This document shows positions 29,289 through 38,548 of a stretch of 64,000 nt of DNA, piece after piece. Within the stretch, counting starts at the first letter, position 1. Each line of letters opens with the position of its first letter. The stretch is taken from the IMG/VR virus record IMGVR_UViG_3300002301_000012, positions 1 through 64,000 of that record; one strand, 5' to 3'. The notes beneath the pieces are model-generated. The model did no database searches, was not told the origin of the DNA, and worked only from the letters and a program-made list of their open reading frames with translations. The DNA comes from a virus. A program made the translations under genes and the position numbers.

Positions 29289-30779
29289 TCATGCGGCACC
29301 TGCCATCTGGTGTTCTTCGTTATAGCGTGCGGTCCATGCCGTATGGCAGGAAGCGCAGCACGCGATGTATTCGGTGTACTTCGTCAAGCCTTCAGTTTCC
29401 GGTGCGACGAAGGTGAACCGCTTGTCTTCGTCGTGGTTGCAGTCGTAGCGGCCTTTCATCGCCTTGCGTGCGGCTTTCAGCGCAGCCTTGGCGTCAGCTT
29501 CAGCCTTGGCGTTGTATTCCGTTACCCGGCTCAGCGTGGTCTGTTTGCTGCCTTTGTACTCGTCGTGAGCCTTGATCGTTGCCTTGACCGTATAGGTCTT
29601 GTCGACTTCCAGCCCGCAGGAGCCTGAGCAAAACCACTTGGCGCGGTTGCCTGTGGCGTCGCGGAAGGTTACCAGCGTGGTCAGTCCCCAGTCGTTCTCC
29701 ATCTCGCGATGTCCGATCACTGTCAGCGTGAGAACTTCGCGCTTGCCGACTTCGCCGAACCATTCGCTTGGATGGTCCTTTTCGTACTTGCGCTGCATCT
29801 CCTGTTCCATGTGGCGGTTGTATGCGGCTATGATGCTGCCGGCCAAGCCAGCCTCGCGGTAGCCGATGTGTTCTTTGTGGCTTACCACCCGGATATTCCA
29901 GAGATAGTCGTTCGCGACGTCGGCGGCCAATTCCTGCGCCCAAGTAATGGCTGCGGTGGCCTTGGCTTCGTCTTCATCCTTCGGTGTTAGCGCTTCCTGC
30001 TGTTTTGCGCTCATCTTTGCGAAGGTCTTGCTGTCCATGCAAGCCAGCGCAAGGTCGACAGTGGCCAGTTTCGGTACGTACGAATTCTTGGCTTCCGTTC
30101 GCGAACACCAGCCTTCAGCGCGTACGCAGCAGGCAACCTGTGTAAGTAGCGCCAAGGCTGTAAAGTAGTGGCTCCGTACGCCACCTTCGCCGCCTCCAAA
30201 GCCTTCGTCCTCGTATGCGCCAAGTTCCTCATCGAGGCAGGCAAGCATCTCAGCGTATTCGGCCAGTCCGCTGGCGTTTTCGCTGCGCAGGAAGTCCGCG
30301 AGGCAGTTTCGGCCAACCTGCTTCCAGCCGCCTTCTGTGCTTTGCAGGACGTACGTGTCTTTGCGAATGCGGTCCGTGTTGCAGTGGTCGCAGGCGGTTC
30401 CAGCCGTTCTGTATTCAAGTGGCAGTGTGGTTTCAAAGCCTGGAACCGTGCGCAGAAGGTTTCCGCCGTCTTCGTGCTGTATGGTGGCCGCCATGGCCCA
30501 GCCATTCACGCGCGGGCAGTTTCCGGTCAGTGTCACCAGAACCAGGCGAATGGTGTATCTCCGGTACAGGCCGGTTTCTTCGTCGAGAGCACGCTTTGTA
30601 AGCGTTTCGAAGTGTTCGCCGGTTTCCGTCAATACCAGCGGGTCCATCTTGAGCTTCGCAGCCCGCTTGTTCATCTTGGCGATCCGCGCCTTGAGCGCTT
30701 CCATGTTGGCTTCCGGCACGCTGTATATCGAGTTTCCGGCTGCGTCGGTCGGCCTTGGTTGTTTTTCTTCGTTTTCCAT
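29289..30779 (-). CDS. Conserved phage protein with a zinc motif and a C-terminal OB-fold-like domain
   Basis: CDHCNTDRIRK...QVGRNCLADFL and C-terminal VKATIKAHDEYKGSKQTTLSRV; GGAG RBS and an upstream promoter. Confidence 0.6.
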   Translation of the reverse strand: MENEEKQPRPTDAAGNSIYSVPEANMEALKARIAKMNKRAAKLKMDPLVLTETGEHFETLTKRALDEETGLYRRYTIRLVLVTLTGNCPRVNGWAMAATIQHEDGGNLLRTVPGFETTLPLEYRTAGTACDHCNTDRIRKDTYVLQSTEGGWKQVGRNCLADFLRSENASGLAEYAEMLACLDEELGAYEDEGFGGGEGGVRSHYFTALALLTQVACCVRAEGWCSRTEAKNSYVPKLATVDLALACMDSKTFAKMSAKQQEALTPKDEDEAKATAAITWAQELAADVANDYLWNIRVVSHKEHIGYREAGLAGSIIAAYNRHMEQEMQRKYEKDHPSEWFGEVGKREVLTLTVIGHREMENDWGLTTLVTFRDATGNRAKWFCSGSCGLEVDKTYTVKATIKAHDEYKGSKQTTLSRVTEYNAKAEADAKAALKAARKAMKGRYDCNHDEDKRFTFVAPETEGLTKYTEYIACCASCHTAWTARYNEEHQMAGAA

Positions 30780-30820
30780 CTTTGTTCTCCTTGGCAGGTG
30801 GTTGGTCTGCCTTCAAGTTC

Positions 30821-30849
30821 AGAATAGAGGATCACAATGTCGAATGCAA
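30821..30849 (-). promoter_or_regulatory. Sigma70-like early promoter
   Basis: TTGCAT-N17-TATTCT upstream of 30779. Confidence 0.7.
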
Positions 30850-31047
30850 GGGGAAAAGATCAGAATTCTTCGAGACACGCCTCCGGATACTTGTTCTGGA
30901 GCCTGCTGATAGCCAGTTCCAGGTCGTCGTAGATATCGCCGCCCGGTCCGTAGCCATTGGCTTCGAGTAGTTCACGCGCGTTCTGTAGTGCTTCGAGTAG
31001 TTTCATAAATTCGCCTCACTTTCGCCTTTCTTGACCGTTTTGGCTGG

Positions 31048-32075
31048 TCAGGCCATCGGAATGTCGATATGCTGCTCGTTTACCTCTAATCCGGCAGAAT
31101 GAGCAATGTACGGGTCAATCCAAATGATCTTGGATTCGGACCTGCCTTTTCCGAAGTGTTGCCTGCGCATATGGCCAGCACGCCAGCGCAGTTCGGTAAA
31201 GTGCGCTTTCGGGTCAGCAGCCAGTCCGCGCCGGTCGATAGCATACTTCCGACCGATGAATGTTGGCGCATGAATGCGGCGTCCGCTTTTCGGCAGGCGT
31301 TTGCCCGTTGGCGCACCAGCCTCTACCAGTTCGGGTCGCGCCATCATTAGCAGAAGGAGGTTCGCCGCCAATCCGGCCATGCGGCAGGAGAACTCTGCTG
31401 GCATGGCATCCTTCAGCAGTTCATCGACATAGGTTACTTCATCGATATAGTTCGAATCAGGCTCCAGCTTCTGTGACACTGGAAAAGCGCAATCCTGAAT
31501 TGTCAGGCCCACTGGTTCAGGCATCCAAAACACGTCGATTCTGTCGTCCGAAGCCATCCGGAATGGCTTGATGAGTGATTTGGAAACAAAGCCATGCGGA
31601 AAACGGCTAATGCCAAGTGCGTAAATCGATGAGCCAGAGGATTCTTTCAGCAGTCCAGACGGAATCATAAACGTCATGGAAGGAAAAGGAAATTTGATGT
31701 CGGACCAAGTCATTGCCGCTGGAGGATGCGTCCGTAATAGCGCCTGTATCAGAGGTGCACTGACGTAGTATACGGGCCAGTCGTGTACGGCTCCTGAAGG
31801 CTGGCTATCATTCCGACGTTGCTGTGGAGTGGATGTGAGCCTTCGGCTATTGCAATATTGCAGGTGACAATACCTGAAGCAAAGGTCGCAGCAACGGCCT
31901 TCCATCCGCGAAAGTTACCAGGTGTCTCGATGTGTTTTGTGTAGCATTTCCGCCATACTTCTGGCGCGTTCGTCTCGATTGCTCTGGCAATCGCATCCAA
32001 TGATGGAGCCAAGGAGTGCCACTGCTCATCAATAAGATTTTTGACAATTTTGGATCGGTCTAAGATTGCGTTCAT
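31048..32075 (-). pseudogene. Hypothetical gene apparently split by a frameshift near 31790
   Basis: ORF 31749-32075 has the coupled start. Protein-like sequence continues in the overlapping frame (HDWPVYYVSAPL...WRAGHMRRQHFG...IWIDPY) to 31048. Confidence 0.5.
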
Positions 32076-32541
32076 TATGCGACCTCAGATATCTGCCTCG
32101 GTGCGTCCACATCAACTCCGAGCACTTCCATTTTGTTGGTGACAATACTGAGCGCTGCACAAAGGTTGAGGAAGTGCTGCCGACCGAAGTTGTCCAGCCT
32201 GCACCCGCGATTGTAAGCGTCGATAATGGCGCGGTCAAGGCGCTTGTAGATCGAATGCAAAGCCAGTCTGCCTTCGATAATGGCGTCGGCACTCATTGTC
32301 CAGCCGCAGGTCATGCTGTGGCCTTCATTGGCGTCGTTCTCGCAGTGGCATTCGGCGGAACTATAGTGGTATCCGGCAGCCATCAGAAAGGCGTCATGGG
32401 CACCGCCGAAGTCCAGTCCTTCGTTCTGCGCAGCCAGCCCGATCTTATAGGCTTCCCGCGCTTCGTCGCGTGTTACAAAAATGGTCTTCATGCTGTTCTC
32501 CTTGAGGCTTGGTTAGTGCCTCTGATCTATTGATCAACTTC

Positions 32542-32569
32542 AGTATACGCCAGTTTTCGGCGAATGCAA
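32542..32569 (-). promoter_or_regulatory. Sigma70-like early promoter
   Basis: TTGCAT-N16-TATACT upstream of the 32075-32491 gene. Confidence 0.7.
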
Positions 32570-32957
32570 GCGGAAAATAAAAAAAGATCAGTCTGTGGCT
32601 GTGTCGCTCAGAGATACCTCCAGTCCGGATATCAGGCCACCACAGAACGGGCAGCACCTGGCACAAAGAAGTTGCGAACCGTTGACTACATGGCAAGGCA
32701 GGTCGGCCGTTCCGGTGCATCGTCCGCAGGTCTCGCATGGCGCAGCCACCGCAAGAACGATCTGATGGTCCGGTGGCACCAGCATTTACCGGATGTAGAT
32801 CGCAGCCAGCGTCAGTGCTGCAATAATCATTCCACCTATAACGACCACGGCAAAGAATACGCCAGTCGACGTCAGGAACCGCTTGTGATGGCCGTCGCGG
32901 CAGAGGCGGCTTTCATGGCTCAGTGGTGGAAACTGCCGAATAATGCTCATATATAGT

Positions 32958-33305
32958 TCACGATCTCCCTGTTTCTGCTGTATATCGCTCGTTGGCCTTC
33001 GCGATCTCTGCTTCGATGCTGATTCCCCAACACGCTTCGAACTGGTCCTTCCCGATCCGTTCAATCGAAAAGTTTCCAGCTTCGTGAAGGTGATACTTTG
33101 CCTCCAGCCGGATGGTTCTCCTGTCATCCTTTGGACTGCCGCAAAAACGAACGTGATGCGTGGTCGCAGGCAGCTTGCCGGATATGATGCACGGCTGCCT
33201 TGCCATCCAAGCTAGGTAAGCCTTGTCGATCAGTCTGCCTCTGCGCGGCTTCGAACGCTTCTGGCTGATCGGTTTGGTCGCTCGTGGAAGTGGAGTGCGC
33301 TTCAT
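32958..33305 (-). CDS. DUF968-like (HNH-related) protein
   Basis: KAYLAWMARQPCIISG...HHVR...DDRRTIRL...YHLH; start at MKRTPL, coupled to the MTase stop. Confidence 0.6.
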   Translation of the reverse strand: MKRTPLPRATKPISQKRSKPRRGRLIDKAYLAWMARQPCIISGKLPATTHHVRFCGSPKDDRRTIRLEAKYHLHEAGNFSIERIGKDQFEACWGISIEAEIAKANERYTAETGRS

Positions 33306-34399
33306 GCGGCATCCAAAGGGGTTGCTGGTTCCAATACATCGAAAAGAGAAGACTGCTGCGCAGGGATGCAATGCGGCGAAAACCAGATGCGCTCTCGGTT
33401 CGAGTTCTCGCGGCCCGCGCCATCCCCCTGTGATCCGTAGCCGCCGCGCGCCTTCCATGCAACGCAATCCCAAGAATCCGGCATCGCGTGCTCGCCTTCG
33501 TATCCGCAAAGTGCGATGCGAAGCAGCGGGTTATCGCCGTTCTCGATTGCCCAGCGCCGCACAGAATGCGCCACTGTGAGGCTGTCGGCTGCGTATAGCG
33601 TTTCGTTTCTGTCGGCCGTGTCTGCGTAAGGCGGATCGAGGAAGACACCCGTAATGCCATGCTTGAAAGTTACCGAAGGGCCTAAGATTCGCTGCCAGTC
33701 CCCGCAACACACACGAACCCTGCGGAGCCGTTCCGCGAGTTCGCGCATGTAGCCTCGAAGATCTACGGATCTTCGGGTTATAATTCCGCTTCCGTTTGGA
33801 TTTATCAGTTCTGGAATTTGCCTGGAAATCCGCGTCCCCGAGGTGAGGTCGCTTGCGATGCACGCCTGTTCGCCACCCGCGTTCCCGAGGTGAGGTAGCT
33901 GGCGATGCACGCCCGTACCCGCGTTCCCGAGGTGAGGTCGATTGCGATGCACGCCCTTACCCGCGTCCCCGAGGTGAGGTCGCTGGCTCGAAGCCGCACA
34001 CCAACCAGAACCGATCCATATACTTTGTCCCCATACCCACCATCCTGCCACCATCGAATCGAAATAGAACGGATCGGTTTTCATCCGCTCTTGAAACTCC
34101 ATATTGTTCACGAGCCACAAATGCCGCGCGTGCTGGTCCGCTTCGTTCACGGGGTTGTCCGCGTGTGCTGCGACCGCTTCGGGATCGTTCTGTAGCGCTC
34201 TCCAGAAGTTCGCAACGAAGCAGTCCATATCGTTTATCGTCTCGGTGTGCGCCTCGTGGGGACGCGCTAAGAGCACAGCGCCGGAGCCGAAAAAAGGTTC
34301 CACGTAGTTCGGGACGTTGCCGAAGCGATCCCAGACGATATCTGCAACCTTGGATTTGCCGCCGAACCATGGAAACGGAGCCTTCATGCGGCGTGTCAT
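33302..34399 (-). CDS. D12-class (Dam-like) N6-adenine methyltransferase
   Basis: PFPWFGGKS, YVEPFFGSGAV, INDMD and FLDPPY motifs. Confidence 0.88.
   Translation of the reverse strand: MTRRMKAPFPWFGGKSKVADIVWDRFGNVPNYVEPFFGSGAVLLARPHEAHTETINDMDCFVANFWRALQNDPEAVAAHADNPVNEADQHARHLWLVNNMEFQERMKTDPFYFDSMVAGWWVWGQSIWIGSGWCAASSQRPHLGDAGKGVHRNRPHLGNAGTGVHRQLPHLGNAGGEQACIASDLTSGTRISRQIPELINPNGSGIITRRSVDLRGYMRELAERLRRVRVCCGDWQRILGPSVTFKHGITGVFLDPPYADTADRNETLYAADSLTVAHSVRRWAIENGDNPLLRIALCGYEGEHAMPDSWDCVAWKARGGYGSQGDGAGRENSNRERIWFSPHCIPAQQSSLFDVLEPATPLDAA
33831..33985 (-). repeat. ~42-bp tandem repeat (3.5 units) encoding RPHLG(D/N)AGxGVHR
   Basis: ACCTCACCTCGGG(G/A)ACGCGG occurs four times. Confidence 0.9.
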
Positions 34400-35109
34400 A
34401 CGGCACCCGCAAGACTTGGCAGTTCCAATTCAGGGATGCGCTTGAACTCCACACGCCAAACCCATGGGTTTGTGTACCAGGAGCCAGCACCGTTTACCGT
34501 ATTCCAGAGCGCTTCAAATGTCTGCACGGCAGTGTTGAAACCTCCAAATTGCTTCGGGCCACCATTTTCTCCCCAATAAAACGATACTGATTTCGGCATA
34601 CGAAAAGCAGCAGGATATTCCTTCGCCCATATGCCCTCAGCCTCCGCGTCGGCCTCCGTGATGGCGTTCAGGCGCTCCGGTCGCACGCTGACCACCTCCA
34701 GCGTGTCGCGCGAGGCCCAGCGGGGAAGAAACAGCGGCGATACCCACTTGCCAGCCTTCGCAGCGACTTTCGGTAGCACGTAGTCGGACGGGGCGCGCAG
34801 TCTGACTTCCTCCGCGCCATCCGCAGCATAGGAAACGTGCATGTTTCCATTCGCTAACCAAGTTCCTGTCCACGTCTCTCTTGTCCACAGCCGATCGCCG
34901 GGAACACCATACGGGCAACGGATAGACACCGGGCCGGCGAAGTGGTGCCACGTCCACCCTGCCGGGTCAAACTCACCGCCATCGAGCGTGTAATCGTCTG
35001 GCGCTTCGTTGATCTTGTTCAGGCCGCGCGTGCGCCGCGTCTGTGTCTTGATTCCGGCACGCAAGGCGCGGACCATCGGCGTACTGAAAATGATCGGTCT
35101 TTCTTTCAT
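34396..35109 (-). CDS. ASCH/PUA-like conserved phage protein
   Basis: MKERPIIFSTPMVRA...KTQTRR, CPYGVPGDRLWTRETW and NPWVWRVEF motifs. Confidence 0.75.
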   Translation of the reverse strand: MKERPIIFSTPMVRALRAGIKTQTRRTRGLNKINEAPDDYTLDGGEFDPAGWTWHHFAGPVSIRCPYGVPGDRLWTRETWTGTWLANGNMHVSYAADGAEEVRLRAPSDYVLPKVAAKAGKWVSPLFLPRWASRDTLEVVSVRPERLNAITEADAEAEGIWAKEYPAAFRMPKSVSFYWGENGGPKQFGGFNTAVQTFEALWNTVNGAGSWYTNPWVWRVEFKRIPELELPSLAGAV

Positions 35110-35626
35110 CGCGTTTCCTCTGGCTGTTGACGCATTTTCATTTGCACCACCTCATTCATCAGTGATTCGTTAATTTTTCCGCGCCCGCGATCAAACTGGT
35201 AGAAAATGAGCGCCAAAGCTTTCAGCAGATCGTGATGAGATTGTTGAGCAGTTGCGGCTTGGAAAGCGTGCTCGACCGCAGCATGAAGCAAGGCGTCATT
35301 ATGGTATTCGACCAACGCCAAATCTTGCTCTGAGAGATCAAATGGTTTGTTCATCGGTTTTTCCGCGCCCGCGATCAGATGGAACGAATACTCCTTCGAC
35401 TGATTTCGACTGTTTCAGACTACCGATTTCGACTGATTTCGACCCCGCATCAGTACAGCCCGCCATCGGCGTCGTCAAAGCACTGCTTGCGGCAATATTC
35501 CTTCATGTTGGCGGTCCATCCATGCATCGGCCATCCACCCCAATACCAACGCCAGCATATTCGGCACGGTTGAAACGGGAACCACCCGACATAGCGAGTC
35601 CACCAGTACTTCCATCCAGTCAGCAT

Positions 35627-36178
35627 CTACTTCTTCTCCGGCAGTGTCATCCAGTACTTCGGTTTGATAGGATACAGGCCGGGAAACGATCTCCACTCGT
35701 GTGTATTGGTGGTAACGATGTGTGTCAAGTAGGCAACCAGTGGAAAGTCGTAGCGGTCTGAAGAAACAAGGATCTTTGTCCCGTCTTTCGGTGCTGTTGC
35801 CATGTCCTGCCAGCCAGCGCCAGCAATCGATCCAATTCCGTTGTCCAGGCATTCGCGCGTCAGGCGCACGGCGTCGGATGCTACCGCAATAATATCTTTG
35901 GGACGAGGAACGCGAAAGCCGCATTGTTCAATCAGATTAAGGCAGCGAGTCTCAAAGTATGACAGATCGTTAGCCAGCTTTCGGCCAGCAACCACGGTAG
36001 CGGTCTCGTCAGGATAGCAGCGTGTTTCATGATCGCAAAACGCGCAGCGTCCGTTAGATCCTAACTCGTGGTGATCGCACGGACCAAGGTTGCCTTCGTA
36101 TGTATCGCACATACAACTGAGGTTCAGGAAGCGTTCGGTGTGCGTTGTGTCGCAGCGACCTTGCGAGATTCGAGCCAT
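35627..36178 (-). CDS. Hypothetical protein with a C-terminal DUF551-like domain
   Basis: WQDMATAPKDGTKILV...PKYWMTLP. Confidence 0.55.
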   Translation of the reverse strand: MARISQGRCDTTHTERFLNLSCMCDTYEGNLGPCDHHELGSNGRCAFCDHETRCYPDETATVVAGRKLANDLSYFETRCLNLIEQCGFRVPRPKDIIAVASDAVRLTRECLDNGIGSIAGAGWQDMATAPKDGTKILVSSDRYDFPLVAYLTHIVTTNTHEWRSFPGLYPIKPKYWMTLPEKK

Positions 36179-36405
36179 AGACTTAGTTCTTGACCCCGTA
36201 TACTTCAGCGTTGTACGGACACTTCTCTGTGTGGTACGGAGCCGTCGCGTTGCAGCGATGGCAGTGGCCACGGTAGAGAACCGCTTCGTCGTGCTCGATG
36301 GTTGCTCCGCGAACAGCAAGGATCGCCAAAGGCAGCGGAACCGTTGCCAGTTCCAGTGTCCGTCCTCCCATCGCAGTGGCTTCAAAGTTGGTAACCATAG
36401 CCAGA

Positions 36406-36457
36406 ATCCTACCAGCAAACATAGGTACTTGTCAACTTGAAAACATGGTGGTAGCAT
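36406..36457. promoter_or_regulatory. Divergent sigma70 promoters with overlapping -35 boxes
   Basis: Minus strand TTGACA-N18-TAGGAT; plus strand TTGTCA-N17-TAGCAT. Confidence 0.6.
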
Positions 36458-36465
36458 TAAGGCCA

Positions 36466-36639
36466 ATGGAGAAAACACAGTTTTCATTTCGGCTCGACGT
36501 TAATTTGCAGCAGGAATTACGAGAGGAAGCGGTCTTATTGCGCCGTGAGCGAGGGAACAGAGTCACAGTTCAGGAGATCGCCACGGAGGCGATCATGGAA
36601 TGGCTGAACAAGCGGAAGCAGAATACTTCCAATGGCTGA
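36466..36639 (+). CDS. RHH-type regulator
   Basis: MEKTQFSFRLDVNLQQELREEA...VQEIATEAIMEWL. Confidence 0.6.
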   Translation: MEKTQFSFRLDVNLQQELREEAVLLRRERGNRVTVQEIATEAIMEWLNKRKQNTSNG

Positions 36640-37042
36640 TCGCTCCAATTTGTTCGTTGGTCGCATTGTCGACGGCAAGTTCGTTCTGGACGACAGGGAC
36701 GGCTTCGCCGCGCTGAAAAACAAACTGGAAGGAAACGACATCGTGCTTCAGTTGCGGGAGCGTTTCAATCCAGAGGATATCGGACATTTGCGCCGATACT
36801 TCCATGGCGTCGTCCTTCCGCGGATCGCCGTGGCCGCTGGCTACAGCACCAGCAAAGAAGATCTGGCACACGTCAAGGGAGGATTGAAAGGGCGGTTTCT
36901 TACGGTTCCAATGGCTCCCGGTGAGCCGGTTATCATCAAGAGCACGGAGAGCCTTACGAGAAAAGAGTACTCTGAGTTCATCTTCAGTTGCCGCCAGTTC
37001 GCAGCGGAGACTTTGCATATTGACATCGAAGACCCAATATGA
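36632..37042 (+). CDS. NinB/Orf-like recombination accessory protein
   Basis: RYFHGVVLPRIA...KSTESLTRKEYSEFIFSCRQFAAE pattern. Confidence 0.55.
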   Translation: MADRSNLFVGRIVDGKFVLDDRDGFAALKNKLEGNDIVLQLRERFNPEDIGHLRRYFHGVVLPRIAVAAGYSTSKEDLAHVKGGLKGRFLTVPMAPGEPVIIKSTESLTRKEYSEFIFSCRQFAAETLHIDIEDPI

Positions 37043-37301
37043 AACGAGCAATTGTCAATCCCGCGAGTCCGGCCCGCGCAGCGCACTCGGGATGACAATC
37101 GCGAAGCCAACGTAAAAATTCTGAAAACGACGTTGTAACCAAAAAGCTGTATGCTGAAGAGGAGTCCACATGGAAGAACCAAACCGTTATCGTCACCACC
37201 GAAGACATCATCCTGTACATCATGATCGAAATCGAGCGGTGCGATTAAGGTTTACGTTCACGACGGCAGATAAGATTCAATTCACAGGAGATCACTTACA
37301 T

Positions 37302-37670
37302 ATGCAGGAAAACCTCGTTGCAGGACAATCCGTATCAGTTATCGGATCGCCCGTCATTTCCGATGGCGTAACGCCCAGCCAGGCCACGCTGTCCAACGTT
37401 CAGTACACCAGTTCGGATTCGACGGTCTTCACCGTTGCAGCCGATCCCAACACTCCGAACGGCGCTATCATCACCAGCGTCGGTGCCGGAACCGCAACGC
37501 TTACAGAGACGGCCACAGCGACAGAGCCGGATGGAACAACCACGGAACAGATCCAAGGCGTGGCCACCATCACGGTAACGGCTGCGCCGCCTCCTCCACC
37601 TCCACCGGCTGCCTCGTTGGTCTTTGCCTTCGGGACGCCATTCACCACGCCTGCACCCGCAGCAGCGTAA
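37302..37670 (+). CDS. Ig-like domain protein
   Basis: AGGAG RBS; beta-rich YTSSDSTVFTV...GAGTATLT...ATITVT; poly-Pro linker. Confidence 0.55.
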   Translation: MQENLVAGQSVSVIGSPVISDGVTPSQATLSNVQYTSSDSTVFTVAADPNTPNGAIITSVGAGTATLTETATATEPDGTTTEQIQGVATITVTAAPPPPPPPAASLVFAFGTPFTTPAPAAA

Positions 37671-37723
37671 GAAAGGACAAGACGCGCAGGAAGGACTAGC
37701 CTTCGAACGATTCGTGCTGGAGC

Positions 37724-37784
37724 AACAAACAGCGGCTTGGATTCGGCAGCGGTAACCACCGGATTCTGGCCGCTTTTGTTTTGT
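37724..37784 (+). terminator. Hairpin followed by a T-rich tract
   Basis: AGCGGC...GCCGCT stem followed by TTTGTTTTGT. Confidence 0.45.
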
Positions 37785-37810
37785 GCGCCTGGATTTGGTA
37801 GTCTGAAGTC

Positions 37811-38548
37811 GTGCCAGAGTTAAAATCACCGAAACATGAATATTTTGCTATCGGCATCACAAACGACGTAAACCCTACGGAGGCTTACATTTCCGCTGGG
37901 TATTCGAAAGCTGGCGCGGCTGCCGGCGCATGGAGATTGTTAAATCTCAAAAAAATTCGTGATAGGATTAACGAATTACGAGCAGAAAGACACGCTGCCA
38001 TCACAAAACGTGTGATAGAAGGCGAGATTCTGACGACGACTGAATGCCTGATTGCTGAACGCAATCAACAGGTTAGGCTAAAGTGGCAGCGGTATCAAAA
38101 GCTATCACAAATTGTGCAGGAACGGACATCGTTCTTCACTGATCCAAAGAACGAGGCGATAATCGCACTGGGTGGACCGGACAAGCTTCCAGGCGTCGAT
38201 ACTGGCTTCGTGACGCTACGGTACAGGACACTTGGCCGAAAGGTCGTGCCGGAACTGAATCTGGATGTGCCTTTGTTGCGCGAGATGAGCTTACTGGAGG
38301 AACAGGTCGGTCGAATGATGGGATTCATCCAGCCGATCAGTATTAGCCAGACGAACAACAGTCAGACGGTCGCTGTGCAAGCCGTTCAGGCGAATGTATA
38401 CATGCGGGACAAGCCACCTGAATTAGTCGGTCGGTCTGTTGATCAATTGCGAAAACTGATGGACCTCGCCAAGGCATGTCAGGCTTCTGGCGTTCACGTG
38501 GAACTGCCGCAACTTTCAGCGCCGCCTCCTGCTGCCGATGCTCGGTGA
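37811..38548 (+). CDS. terS: Terminase small subunit
   Basis: KHEYFA...TEAYISAGYS...AWRLL...IRDRINEL HTH pattern; overlaps terL. Confidence 0.8.
   Translation: MPELKSPKHEYFAIGITNDVNPTEAYISAGYSKAGAAAGAWRLLNLKKIRDRINELRAERHAAITKRVIEGEILTTTECLIAERNQQVRLKWQRYQKLSQIVQERTSFFTDPKNEAIIALGGPDKLPGVDTGFVTLRYRTLGRKVVPELNLDVPLLREMSLLEEQVGRMMGFIQPISISQTNNSQTVAVQAVQANVYMRDKPPELVGRSVDQLRKLMDLAKACQASGVHVELPQLSAPPPAADAR

Noticed and set aside
33831-33985. Diversity-generating retroelement template/variable repeats
   Set aside because: No reverse transcriptase is present in the window, and the repeats are tandem without a clear adenine-specific mismatch pattern.
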